Assembly: GCA_043228905.1 (NCBI GenBank)
Contig: JBHGNT010000004.1
Location: 4,898,001 to 4,962,000 of the forward strand
DNA from: Azolla caroliniana
Taxonomy: Eukaryota; Plantae; Polypodiophyta
Length of the DNA: 64,000 bases
Direction: 5' to 3'
Position numbers and translations under genes: made by a program. The first letter of the stretch is position 1. Each line of letters starts with the position of its first letter. Positions 49,401 to 61,900 of this stretch are shown piece by piece. The notes beneath the pieces were generated by a model that made no database searches, had not been told where the DNA came from, and was given only the letters and a program-made list of their open reading frames with translations.

Positions 49401-52400
49401 CATGAAACAGCTCCCCTTGCATATGTCATTATATACCCGGATGTAGACCGACTGGTATCCACATCAACCAACATGTCCGAATCGGTAAAACCGTCAAGTT
49501 GAGGTTTTCCAGAGCCAAATCGGAGACACATATTTGAAGTGCCCTTCAAGTACCGGAGTATCCATTTAACCGCATTCCAGTGCTCCTTGCTGGGATTGCT
49601 CATAAACCGGCTCACCACTACGATTGTGTATCCTATATCCAGTCGGGTACACACCATTGCGTAAATTAAGCTCCCGACGGCAGAGGCATATGGAACCTTC
49701 ATCATATCTGCCTTCTCTGCTTTCGTCTTCGGGCTTTGCTTACAGGATAACCTGCAATTTGCCGGAAGTGTCGATGCGACTGGTTTCGCATCGGACATAT
49801 TGAACCGCTGAAGCACCTTTGTCACGTATTTCTCCTGTGACAGCTACAATTGCTTCGTTGGCCGGTTCCGGATGATATGCATCCCCAACATCTGTCTTGC
49901 CAGACCCAAGTCTTTCATCGTGAAGGTTCGGTTGAGAGCCTTCTTCAGCATCCGTATTTTGCTTTGGTCCCGTCCGACGATCAACATGTCGTCCACGTAC
50001 AGAAGGAGTATTAGGAAGTCGCCTCCTTCGAACTTCTTCACAAACACGCAGTGATCGGCATGCGTCTTGTGGTATCCTTGATCGCTCATGAAGGAGTATA
50101 ACTTCCGGTACCATTGTCGGGGAGCCTGCTTCAGTCCATACAGGCTCTTCTTCAACCGACATACCAGGTGCTCCTTCCTTTTCCCCATGAATCCTTCTGG
50201 TTGCTGCATGTAGATCTCCTCTTCGAGGTCGCTGTGAAGGAATGTCGTCTTCACGTCCAGTTGTTCTACCTCGAGGTCCATGCTTGCCGCTATACTCAGC
50301 ACCGTCCAGATGGAGGTCATCTTTACTACCGGGGCAAATATCTCGTCGAAGTCCACGCCCTTCTTCTGTTGGAACCCCTTCACCACGATCCTAGCTTTGT
50401 ATCTCGGGGGGTTGCCGACATCTCCCGGTTTCAACTTGTACACCCACTTATTTCGGAGTGCTTGCTTTCCTTTCGGCAACTCCATCAATTTGTACGTATG
50501 GTTCTCATGCAGGGAATCCATCTCATCCTGCATGGCACTTAACCATTTGCGGTTGTAGGTGTCATCCTTCGCCTCTACGAAGCTTTCTGGCTCCCCCTCA
50601 TCGGTTAGCAGCACATGCTCTGCATTCGGAAATCTCCGGGGAGGCCTTCTCTCTCTGAGAGGATATCTCTGTCTTTGGGCTTCGGTAACTGGGCCTTCCA
50701 TTCGCTCTTCATCCGAATCCGATTCGGGGTCTTGGCCGGTTCCGGTTTCAGCTTCCTCTACTTCTTCTTTTGCCGGTTCGGTATCATCACCGTAACCGAC
50801 TGGTTCCTAGACTCCTAACCGGTCTCTTGCCGGTTGGGTCTGCTCATCATAGAATTGATCCTTACCGGTCGACTCACAATTCATTATCTTCTTCTCCAAC
50901 TCCCAGTCGGCGAGCGTCTTGTTCTCCATGAAGATAATATGTCGACTCTGGAATACCTTCTTGTCAACCAGGTTCCACACTCGGTAGCTGAACTCATCGT
51001 CGCCGTAATCGAGGAATATGCATGGTCGGGTCTTTGGATCCAACTTTCCTCTTCGGTCCTTAGCTACATGCACGTACGCAAGACACCCGAATACCTTCAG
51101 ATGCCGGTAGGACACTTCCCGATGAACAACGCTCCCGATGAACAACGCTCGGCCACAACCGAGCTTAGAATCAAAACACAGAAAAACGGGGAATGGATGC
51201 ACGACACAAAAGGAGAGAAGAGTACAACAGTGAGCTCACGGAGGCAACGACCTCGGCACCGACCTCTTCCTCTCTCTCTCTCTCTCTCTGTACAATGTTA
51301 CACGCTCTCTAGTCTTGCACCAACAAGAATGACAACTACTACATCCATCAAAGAGTTTGCCCTAAGTCATATTTATACTAATATGACTTTTCAGCTATTT
51401 ACAGATATAGCCCTGATGGACTCTCAGGAAACATATTTATGAATATGTCCCTTCATCCGGTGAGCACTTCTCACCGGGCCTTCACCATCCGGCTCTTGCT
51501 GGGTACTCCTCATCCGGTTCTCACTGGGTCTTCGGTAGCCGGGTACTCTTCATCCGGTTCTCACCGGGTCTTCCGTAGCTGGGTACTCTTCATCCGGTTC
51601 TCACCGGGTCTTCCGTAGCCGGGTACTCTTCATCCGGCGCTTGCCGGGTACACCACATCCGGTTCTCCCCGGGTCTTCCGTTGTCGGGTACTCGACATCC
51701 AGTTTCGGCCTCGGCCGAGATTCTCATCAGCACTGTTCTTCTCACTTCCCATCCGGAGGGACCTGTTTCCTAACACAAATATCGATAACATGTCTAGATG
51801 GTTCTGTATTGTGTCCTCAAGTTCCTCTTTATTGTTTTAGTACTAATATTATTGTTACATGCATATTCCTTGGTGATTAGCTGGAACAAAACTGATTTTT
51901 TAGTACTGAAGGTCTTAAATATCCACTTGATTCAGTACTGATAATATTTGTAACATTGTAGTCATGTTAGAACTAATGTACGATTATAATATGAATGTTG
52001 TAGTATCAAGCAACACCACACCAAGGAAGGTTACTAACCAACCAACCCCCGCGCTACTACGTACAGAGTCTGCTGCAAATTCCAAAGTCCATGGTCATTC
52101 CTTAGTGGTAACTGAGGAAATTTATGATGAAGATGAATGTATGAGAAAGGCAATTGGAACAACTGAAGACGTGTTGCTTCAAACAAATTCTCCTACCTCT
52201 GCTCCCCTTGACTGTGTGTACGGTAATGCTAATTGTGTGTGAACTTTTAACAATGCATTGTTGCTATACTTCTAATTTTTTATGTTTCTATCAAAGAGCC
52301 TACGAAGAAGTGTAATGCTGCAAGGAAATTGTATGGCAAGGGGAAGAAATGTAGAGTTCATTGTAGTGGTGGGTCATACAAATTCTCACAAACTTTGAGA

Positions 52401-53425
52401 GCTGTAAAGTTAATGAGTTAGACTAAGACCACGTGCTTTTGTTGTTAGACAAGGAAGAAACGTTTAATGAAAATGGAGATATTGATTCAGAGCCACAACA
52501 TGAAGAAGAATTTATCGTCCTCGTAGGTACATGTTGTGAACCCTCTTATATAATAGTTATTTTGACTATATCACCCAAGTGACAATAATGGTTTTGGTTT
52601 ATTAATATATAGAAAGTGATGTAAAATCTTGGCATGATTCAGAGCCCCAACCTGAGACTAGTACCATCCCAAGCAATAATGACGAGTGTGATACCAATGC
52701 AAACCAGGTCTTGCAGCACATGACAAACACAATCATCTGCAAAAGCTCATCTTCAAAAGTTCCGGACGGAGATGTAACAGTAGGTAAACGATTGTCCCTT
52801 AATCTAGTATGTTAATTGATATGGCTAGGTTCCTGTACGATTGTAAGAATGTGAATTGATATTGTTCTTGTTATTTAGGAATAGAAGAATTTAGGCAGTC
52901 TATGGAGCAATCTTGATTTTTCAGACTCAGATAGCACCACAGATGAGGAATGTGAAATCACCCAAGAAGAGGAGCTGAAGAACTTTGATAGTACCGTAAA
53001 CGTGGGGCAAGACTGTATCATTAAGGGGATTGTAGCTACCACCCAAGAAGAGGAACAAGGTGGTACTACGAATCACATGTCTTACCAAAACACTGCAAGT
53101 AGCTTGCACATGGAACAAGATTGTACAAAGAACCAGGTGTCTAGCTTCAATCACGAGGAGTTTGCAATGAAGATGGCAACCACCCAAGAAGAGGAACATG
53201 TTTGTACTACGAATATCGTGTTACTGCAGAACACCGGTTCTACCCATGAAGAGTAGATTAATGCTAATACTATCGACAAGATCTTCTTGGAAGTGTGTGT
53301 GTCTTAGGCAGTTGTAGTAGAGCACAAGGTTCCCTCAAGCTTGCTCCCCCCCCCCCGTCTGATGATGAACTGCCACTCAGTAGTCTACTACCTCGTGGCT
53401 TTAAGATGAAGAAGAAGAAGGGACC
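46436..53425 (+). pseudogene. Accessory RING-H2 gene of Sola2-like copy 2 (decayed)
   Basis: Homologous to 5450-10498; intron 47451-47539, RING exon 47540-47724 (CVLC...CLHTYHCLC...CLLC), next exon from 52004; frameshift near 46790 and stops. Confidence 0.7.
48464..51775 (-). mobile_element. Ty1/copia element E, internally deleted
   Basis: TSD CAAAT; 3' LTR 48464-49011; 5' LTR ~51130-51775 lacking its inner end and PBS; only the end of INT, RT and RH remain. Confidence 0.92.
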
Positions 53426-55034
53426 AAGCCGCCTTAAATTGCGAGGCAACACCATCAGACCAAACCCAATGGCGATAAAAGTTAACACCCAAGGACAATA
53501 AATCTGCGTGGTGAAGCTTAAAACAATGTTGAACAAATAGCGTATCATGCTTTTTATCATCTGAAATATAGAATATTGCTTTCTTATGTAACTCACCATC
53601 TTTTCTCCAGTAGCAAATATGTACAAGTATTGTACATTGGTCATTGTACCAATGCATTGACTAAACCTCATTTTGAACTTTAAAGGTATAGTTCTCTGCA
53701 AAGTCAATAACAGATACCATAACATCTTGTGGTAAGCTATTTATACATTCCTTGAACTGTGAATTTTGCCAATAACTCCAAAAGTTATGTGGAATGAACT
53801 CCTCGAGTTGCATTATATACTTCCTTGATACGATTACTAACGAGACCCTTACCTATATTTTCTGTCACATACTCTAAATATTTCCATTTCACAATATGGC
53901 AGTTATCCACGTCAACCTCTTGTCTACAAAATAACGGTTGTGGACAAACCTTACATGTTCTGACAAGACATGTACGATTATGCCACTCAGATGATGGTTG
54001 TTTTTCATAAACAAAAGACCTCCATAACTCAGAAACTGTTGCATAAGTCATGTTTCGCCCATTACATCTATTACCGCTCCCATTTGGTCTACATACCTCA
54101 CAAGTGCAAACACACCCATCCCCGTGTATACCCTTAGAATCAGTACACATACTATTCACGCCAAGCCTTAACATGTCCATTTTAATGTGGTACACACAAC
54201 AACATATGTTCCTCTCCTTCAACTTTCTAACAAAAAATGGTTTCAAACCTTGGAACTTGCGAAATCCAAGATTGATGTTAGGATGTTGGTCTTTGAAGTT
54301 CATGAACAATTCAGCCTACATCACTCAATAAATAGGCAACATTAATAGAAGCATTTAGTAAACAACAAAATATTTAAAACCAAATAGATAAAGAATTGAA
54401 TTACTTCAGTCATCTCCAAGAAGTGTCTTGGGTGAATCTGGTACCTACCTCGACTTATACGTTGTCTACATACATCTTTTTTATTCGGTGAGACACGTGT
54501 GTTTTTTGCCCAAAAGGAACCCACTTCCTCAATAATCTCATGAGACAATGTATCACATCGTCGTCTACGGTCTAACCCCAACCACTTAAATTGATTTGAT
54601 TGTATATTTGTCTGATGCTTCCTCAAGTTCCTCCTTTGGATACCAAGTGCTAAGGCAACTTTAGTATCACTATATTTTTTTTTAGTTGTACCATTTACAA
54701 CCATGTGAAGGGCTGCTCTCTTTGCAGCAAGCTTATCTATGCTCTCTACCCCTTTCACTAACTGTATGGATGACTTCATACACTCTACAATTTCCTCTGA
54801 AACACATTGGTCCCTAAACTTAATATTCTCCATGTCTTCATTCAAAAGTTGATGGCGCAACACTCTAGAGATAATATCCCTACGATCCTCCAAGCTAAAT
54901 CTCTCAATTACTTCTAGTAAATAACAGACTATGTGAAGAACCAACCGTCTCTTGCTCCTCTCAAACATAGATTTGCTAAGGGACACCTCGCTCTCCTCAT
55001 CGACGACTATTGTCACTCTCATATATTCCAGCAC
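53420..55034 (-). pseudogene. Truncated Sola-type transposase of copy 2
   Basis: Homologous exons 1 and 2 (FWAKNTRVSPNKKDV, CCCVYH, DFAENY, WSDGVASQFK) with frameshift near 53800; last exon absent. Confidence 0.8.
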
Positions 55035-55325
55035 CTAATTTCTTGTTATTTCAGCACCTAATTAATCAGAATAAGTGGTTAATACGTCATAAAATAAACA
55101 TAGTTAATACCCCATAGCATAAATATCAACCGGAAATCGGATAAACATTTGAGAGTTTGCCACAGTCATATATTCCTTTTCCAAAACAATTAACTTTTAA
55201 GAAATAATTGCATCAATTAACTTGTTGTTTGAAATACATAAGTTTTATGACTCACAAGATGAGATGCATGTATACTATTGACATCATGGAGTCTTCTTAA
55301 CTAGAGTTTAAGACTAAGATAAGTA

Positions 55326-55403
55326 TTATGCATGAGTTCATAACATAACTCATGTTATGCATGAGTTCATAACATAACTCATGTTATGCATGAGTTCATA
55401 ACA
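55326..55403. repeat. 29-bp tandem repeat, about 2.6 copies
   Basis: TTATGCATGAGTTCATAACATAACTCATG at 55326, 55355 and 55384 (partial). Confidence 0.85.
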
Positions 55404-56659
55404 CAAACACTATTCATTTGCTTTTTCCATAAAAAACGCCCTCATCAATGAAATTCAAATCCGTTGATTCTTCAAACCGTTTATCAAGTTTTATTAACAT
55501 ATTGGTATTCATGTTAAACGTTTCAACCCATATAAAACCTTAACATGGATCAATTTTAGACTCCCTTGAAGATTTCCAGAACATACAAAAACAATTTATG
55601 TTTAGCGTTTTCCATGATGAATAACTTATGTCAACTCAAACTGTATATTTTGTTGCTCTTGGCTGGTCATTTTACAAGCCTAGCCTGGATGTTGCTAATC
55701 CATTATATCATTAAAACATCCACAATGACTAGTAAAATGACCAGAAGCACTTGGTTGAAACCATTGGTCAGAACATTACAGACTCCAAATATGCAGGTTC
55801 TAACCACTCGGCTGGTGTAAATATTTCAGATTCATGTTATCATGTAATGTTTACATTATTTTAAGATTCCTATTCAACATTAATTTTCATATGTGCCAAT
55901 TTAAGATTGCTAGAGTATACATTCAATTAACAGTATTGTATAGAAATAACCACTTTATAGAAATAGGTGCAAACATACCGAGTGAAAGAGAAGATGGAGA
56001 AGACATACCGATGGAAGGAGAAGTTGGGGAAGACGAGTGACGCAGAGAACAACAAATCGGGTTTCGAGTGCGTTGTGAAGACCTGAGTTGGAAGGCGGAA
56101 GACCAGAGAGCGCTGTGAAGACCTGAGTTGGAAGGCGGAAGACCAAAGTGCGCTGTGAACACCTGCATTATCTCAGTTGGAAGGCAGAAGAGGAGAAGCG
56201 CCAAAAGGATTTAATGTGGCGTCCTAAATTAAACGTGAGGAGGAAATAGCCCCCAAAACAGTCCTGAATACGCAGTAAGTATCCCCCCACCCATTCCCCG
56301 ACTTTAATGCAATGTACACCACTCCCTAAAAAGATTTTAACTATTTTCGATTTTTTAAAAATCACTCAGTATTAACAGTACAAACAGTACTCGTGTTTTT
56401 TTGGCCAAAAACAATACTTTTTTGGTACACCGTAGCGTACTTCAACCCAGATCCCTATTTATAAGTAATAGAGAACACTCTAGAACATTCTAGGTTTTCC
56501 TAAAATGTAGAGTAATCTAGAAGGTTTCTAGAGTATTCTAGAAGGTTCTAGTGTATAGAACACTCTAGAATATTCTAGGTTATTCTAGAATGTAGAGTAA
56601 TATAGAATATCCCTACGATATTAGATTATATATTCTAAAAACTATACATATAAGAATAT

Positions 56660-56714
56660 TAATACAATGGTTAAGGATTTGACATGTGTACAACAAGGTC
56701 GTGGGTTCAAATCC
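56660..56714 (+). promoter_or_regulatory. Degenerate tRNA-like A/B box pair in LTR
   Basis: TAATACAATGG (56660-56670), GGTTCAAATCC (56704-56714). Confidence 0.45.
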
Positions 56715-56748
56715 TTTCGAGGCATGTGATGTGAGTGTCATTATGACA

Positions 56749-58955
56749 TTATCCCCCTTCTTCGACGACACGTCTCACTGGTCGTAGGGTTTGTATTAGG
56801 ACCTGGTTTACGAGGATATTGGCGATGAAATGCAGTGATCATATCCACAACATTGGAAAGATTTGCGGGGTATAGCCTAGCCAATCGACAAAGTAATACA
56901 TAGCTTGTTGCGTATTCGATTTTAGAATCGAGAATGGTAGCAACCTCTAATTCGAGTCCATCCAAGAACTCAACAGGTGGGGGGGGTGTCGTAAGATGGC
57001 TCGGAATTGAACTTGCAGTATAAGGTTCCAAAAGGGATACATGAAACACCGGATGAAGACGCATGTGCAGAGGGAGGCCAAGACGAAATGCAAAATCACT
57101 TATCTTACCAGTGATCATGTAAGGGCCAAAACATTGGTAATCCAATTTACTATAAGGCCGAGTGGTCTTCATGTTGTGTTGGAGAAGCCATACATGATCC
57201 CTAATGCGGAACTTTTTTGAGGAGTCTAGCCGATGACGATCCACAAGCCTCTTGTGTGTAACTTGAGCATCATGCAAATTGTGGAGAATGGTAGCATGAA
57301 TTTCTTGGAGACGACTAAGACGATCCTCAGTAGCAGGGTTGGTAGGAACGTGTGCATGCGCATTCATTGTCCACCGAGGATGACATCCCGTATTTGCAAA
57401 AAATGGGGAATATTCTGTAGAAGAATGGGCTGAGTTGTTGTAAGTGAATTCAGCCAAGTGCAAAAAATCAACCCAATCATCTTGTTGATAGTTGATGAAA
57501 CAACGAAGATATTGCTCCAAAGTCTGGTTGGTACGCTCAATTTGGCCATTAGTCTCGAGATGATGGCCCGAAGAAAGCTTAACCAAAATGTGGAGAAGTT
57601 TGAACATCTGCTTCCAAAACTTTGAGATGAATTGTGGACCACGATCACTAATAATATCATCCGGCAGACCATGATGCCTAAATACCTCCCACATAACGAG
57701 ATCGACCACCTCTTGACTAGTAATAGACTTCGTACATGGCAAGAAATGTGCCATTTTGGTAAGTCGAACCACCACGGTGAGAATTGCATCAAAACCTTTT
57801 GAAACTGGGAGATCAGTAATGAAATCCAAGGATATAGACTTCCAAGGATTTTCCGGAATGGGAAGTGGTTGTAGTAAGCCATAGAATCAGTGCCGAGGAC
57901 GCTTTGATCAACAACATATATCACAGCTGCGAACATACTCCTCAACAAAATGATGAAGGCGGGGCCACCAATAGTGTCAAGAAATTAATTCTAGAGTTTT
58001 GTGAACTCCAAAATGACTAGCTATTGGTGAGTCATGGCAATGTTGTAAAACTTGTAGTCGTGGGGGACCATCAGGAACATACAATAGGTTTTGCCGAAAC
58101 AGAAAACCACCATGCCAATAGAACTGACGATAGTCGTTACGAGAGTTTTTCGGTTGTGAGCAAGAAGCACAATCCGGGACGATATGATCCAAAACATCCT
58201 TGGCGAATTCATCAGTGGCCATATGATCTCGAATGGAATCAAGAAGAGTGGAATCTTCAAGCATTGTTATGGCATTAACTACCATTAATCATAGGCGATT
58301 AGGACCCAAAAGGATTTGTTTTTGATGCTTGAATGCAGGTTCCCCTGGACGAAGTTCCATATAAGAGCGCCAAGAAAGAGCATCTGCTTTGCCTTGCTGC
58401 ATCCCAGGGCGATATATGATGACAAGGTCGAAGTGAGTCAAAAATTGCGCCCACCGCGCTTGTCGCCGACTCAAGACTCGAGCATTTTGAAAATATGTCA
58501 GGTTCTTATGATCGTTGTAAACAATGATCTTCTAAGAAGAACCTTCTAGAAAATGTCACCATTGTTGAAAATAATCCACAATTGCAAGAAGTTCTTTGTC
58601 ATGGATCTCGTAGTTGATCTCTGCAACTTCAAACTTTCGGGAATGAAAGGCGACAAGGTGTAGTTGTCCATCATCTCCAGCCTGCTAGAGGACACTCCAT
58701 AGTGCAAAAGCGGATGCATCAGGTTCAAGGATGAAGCATTTTGTTGGGTCGACATGTGCTAAGATAGGTGTTGTTGTAAATGCTCGTTTTAAGCTTTCGA
58801 ATGCCTCGGCTGCATCTGAACTCCATATAAATGGTTGATTCTTGTGTGTGAGTTGAGTGAACGGAAGCACGACCTTGGAATAATCTTTAATAAATTTTAG
58901 ATAAAAAATTGCAAACCCGAGAAAACATTGCACATCGCGCATTGAAAGGAGTGTT
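56749..58955 (-). pseudogene. Chromoviral gypsy pol remnant (RT end, RNase H, integrase, degenerate chromodomain)
   Basis: VQCFLGFA..., DASAFAL, RRQARWA, SMDFITDLP, SDRGPQF, GQIERTNQTLEQYLR, LHPVFHVSLL, ELEVATILDSK. Confidence 0.88.
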
Positions 58956-61900
58956 TGTTGTTACCCGTTTCTGGAGGAAACACCTCCGATGAGCCCATAG
59001 GCTATCAATATCAAGGGGTCGTGTTACGTGGAGGCTTCTTTTACACCGAGAAGACGTTAGGGGAACGGGGAGCGTACACGGGCTACAACCCGATAGACGT
59101 AGATGTAGCTCGGTTTACGAGTACGGGGAGAATACACACATGAAGGAACAATAAGAACGAGATTTATATTAAATGAGAAAGCTCACGGTGATTACAGTAC
59201 ACGGCTCTCAGCCGGAAACAGTTTTGTGCAAAGCTCAATGCTACGATATTAATCCTGCTAAATAATCTAGGTATCTCTCCCCCTTTCGAGGTATGGAGGT
59301 CTCGGCTTATATAGTTTTCTTCTTTACACAGAGCTGAGCCGTCGACTGATTGTGAGGGCTCAAATCTTGACTATTTTAGTTCTACCTATTTCCTCACCTA
59401 CTTTTCTACCTACCGGCGAGTTTACATATTTTGTATTTATATTTCTAGCCTATGGACAACACCTGGCACACCCGTGGGACAAGACTTTGTCCGTCGGACC
59501 CACGATTCACAAAGTGGAGGGATAACAACGGATTTTGCTAAAAAAAATTACAAAATTGCCCTTTTATACAAGGGGCTTACGGGTTTGTTTTAATCCTCTT
59601 CTAATATGCCGAGGATATCCTCGGGGGTGTGGGGTTGGTCTGGCTGCTCGAAAGGTGGGGTTGGTGATGGGGGTTTTGTTGTTGAGGCCAGGATGACTAC
59701 ATCTTCGCGTGCGCCGCTCTTTGTTGGTTCCGATTCAGGCAGGGTCGTGGTCGTAGTTTGTTGCTCGGTTGTGATGTGGGTGTCTGTGAGGGCGGGTCCC
59801 TCCTGTCTGTCTTTCGTGGTGGTTGTTGTTGTTGGCTCTGGTTCGTGGTCATCGGTCGTGGGAGCTCTATTAGTCATGGTAGCTAGGCATTCCTCCTCGT
59901 AAGCTTCGGCTTCTAAATGGAACATCATTTGATCGTCGTTGAATTCCTCTAGAAGTTGCTCAATTGCCGCAGTGTGGGATTCTGCTAAGGTATGATATTC
60001 TTCAGTGAAGTTTTCACAGAGGGTCTGGATGTTGGTGTCATCCATCTTGTAGAACCCTCATCCTTCCTTTGGTTCTCGGCGTCCGCGCGTAATATGTGTA
60101 GTTCAGTGGCTTGGGCTGACCATTCCTGCCATACACAGTCGAGTGTTTCCTTGATCTTCTTGGTGAGTTGCTAGCAATATTTGTTGATTAGGATCTTTAT
60201 TTTAGTATCGTCCATGCCGATGCTAGCTCGGTGAACTTCCACTTCCTCCCTTGCGGCCTTGGCATCTTCTTGGCATTTGCGGACGAGGAGCTCCAAAGTA
60301 GCTTGGTTATCCTTTGATTTTGCGGTTACGAGTGCGATTGTCTGCTTGTAACGTTTGGTGAGCTGAGCTACAGTTTCGTCCACTTCCTTTCTCCAAGCGT
60401 CCCGTTTTCGTTCCCTGGCGGCAATGTCCTCTGTTTGCAATTGGTGATAAGCATCGGAAATTTACGCCCTTTGCTCTTCAGAGATCCTCCACTTTTGCAT
60501 GTGTTCGTTTGCCAATTCTTGTAGTTCCCTTTGTTGACGGCGTAATTCCTGGTTGTCTGTGAATAGCTCGCGTTCTCGTTGGCTATTCCTCTCTGCTTCT
60601 TTGATGAATCGTTCTTTGGCCTTGGTGATAGCAACCTGAAGGTGTGTCACCTCTCTTTCTTGTGCTTTGAGTGCGGCCGAGCTTTTAGAAAGCAGTCGCT
60701 TGAGGTCAGCTTCGTGGCCTGCAACTTGTTCCCGTAGTTGGCCAATAGTGTTGTTGTGGTTTTGTTCTGCTAACTCGGCCCGAGCGATCTGGGCCTTGAG
60801 CTCGTCTTGGTAGGCACGGAGGGGAGGCCTTGCCTGGGTTGCAGCTTGCTGGTTCCAGGGATGGGGTTCCCTATCCGTCTGTGTAGATCTTTCCATGATG
60901 ACATGCAGTCGTGGCATTTGCGTGGAAGCGTGCCTAATCTGGAGGCTCGGTGTCCTGTCTGCTGTTAGAGATGTTTCGTTGGTGGTGACGACAATCGACG
61001 GCACCGTTTGCGTGGAGGCGTGGCTGATTTGGGTGTGCAAGCTTTTATCTGCCAGTGACGATGTCTCGCTTGTCTGTACCAATCCGTCATTATGCTTGCA
61101 TCGACCGTGGCTACCCTGGGGTGAGTTGTGTCGTCATTGTGTGCTTCGGTAACAGTAGCACTCAGGCTTGGGTTCAGAAGAGGGGCTCGTGACACATTGT
61201 TACTCGGGGCATGGAGGCTTAAGGGCGGCTGTTCTCAATGGTGCTGCTCCAATGACGCCAGGTTCTGCTCGGCGGCTTGCCATAGCTCGGTGGCCCGTTT
61301 GGCTTGTTGCTGTGTTGTTTTGATACGTCGACTAAGGCCGTGGTGCAAATTTTGATATGCCTCGACTAAGGCCGTGTTCAGATCTGGTAGCTCCATGAGG
61401 AGAGGAGCATTTTGTGCTTGCTTCTTCCGACCTATCTTCTGTAAGGCTCGATCCTCTTGCGGTTCGAGTTCTCCCATTAGTGCATGTTGGATCATCTTTG
61501 TTTCCGCGTGCTCCTTGGCCATACGAGCGGCGGCAGCTACTTCGGCGCGCGCGAGGAAATCCATCAACTCATATGTTGTTCCCAGTCGAAGTAGTGCACT
61601 GAACTCGTATGCCTCCGTGGGGAGGTCTTTGTAACCGAGGACTTCCTCCTCTGATATCTGCGTGGTTTGTCCATGCTCGATCCTACCTACTTGGAGCCAT
61701 GACTCTACTGGTACCATGGCCGTGGAGGTAAGGTTGGCCTCCTTTGATTTCTGACGTTGGGTCCCCTTGGTTTCTGTGGTCGACTCGCGATTGATGCGTC
61801 ATTTCGTTTTCGACTGGTCCTGTGAGTCTGGGGCCGGTGGTGTTGGCTCCTCGACTTGTTTCCTCTTTTGTTACCCTATGCCCGAGGGCTGCTGGTTGGG

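Larger units (their letters stand above)
39541..56448. mobile_element. Sola2-like DNA transposon (copy 2), internally deleted and carrying two copia insertions
   Basis: Left GGGTGAAAGCACGCTACAGTGTACCAA, right TTGGTACACCGTAGCGTACTTCAACCC; TSD AGAT at 39537-39540 and 56449-56452; same two-gene layout as copy 1. Confidence 0.88.
39382..56748 (-). mobile_element. 3' LTR of a chromoviral gypsy element, split by Sola2-like copy 2 (pieces 39382-39540 and 56453-56748)
   Basis: TGTCA at 39382 and TGACA ending 56748; PPT (minus strand AAGAAGGGGG) adjacent at ~56752-56762; halves rejoin across the AGAT TSD. Confidence 0.8.
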
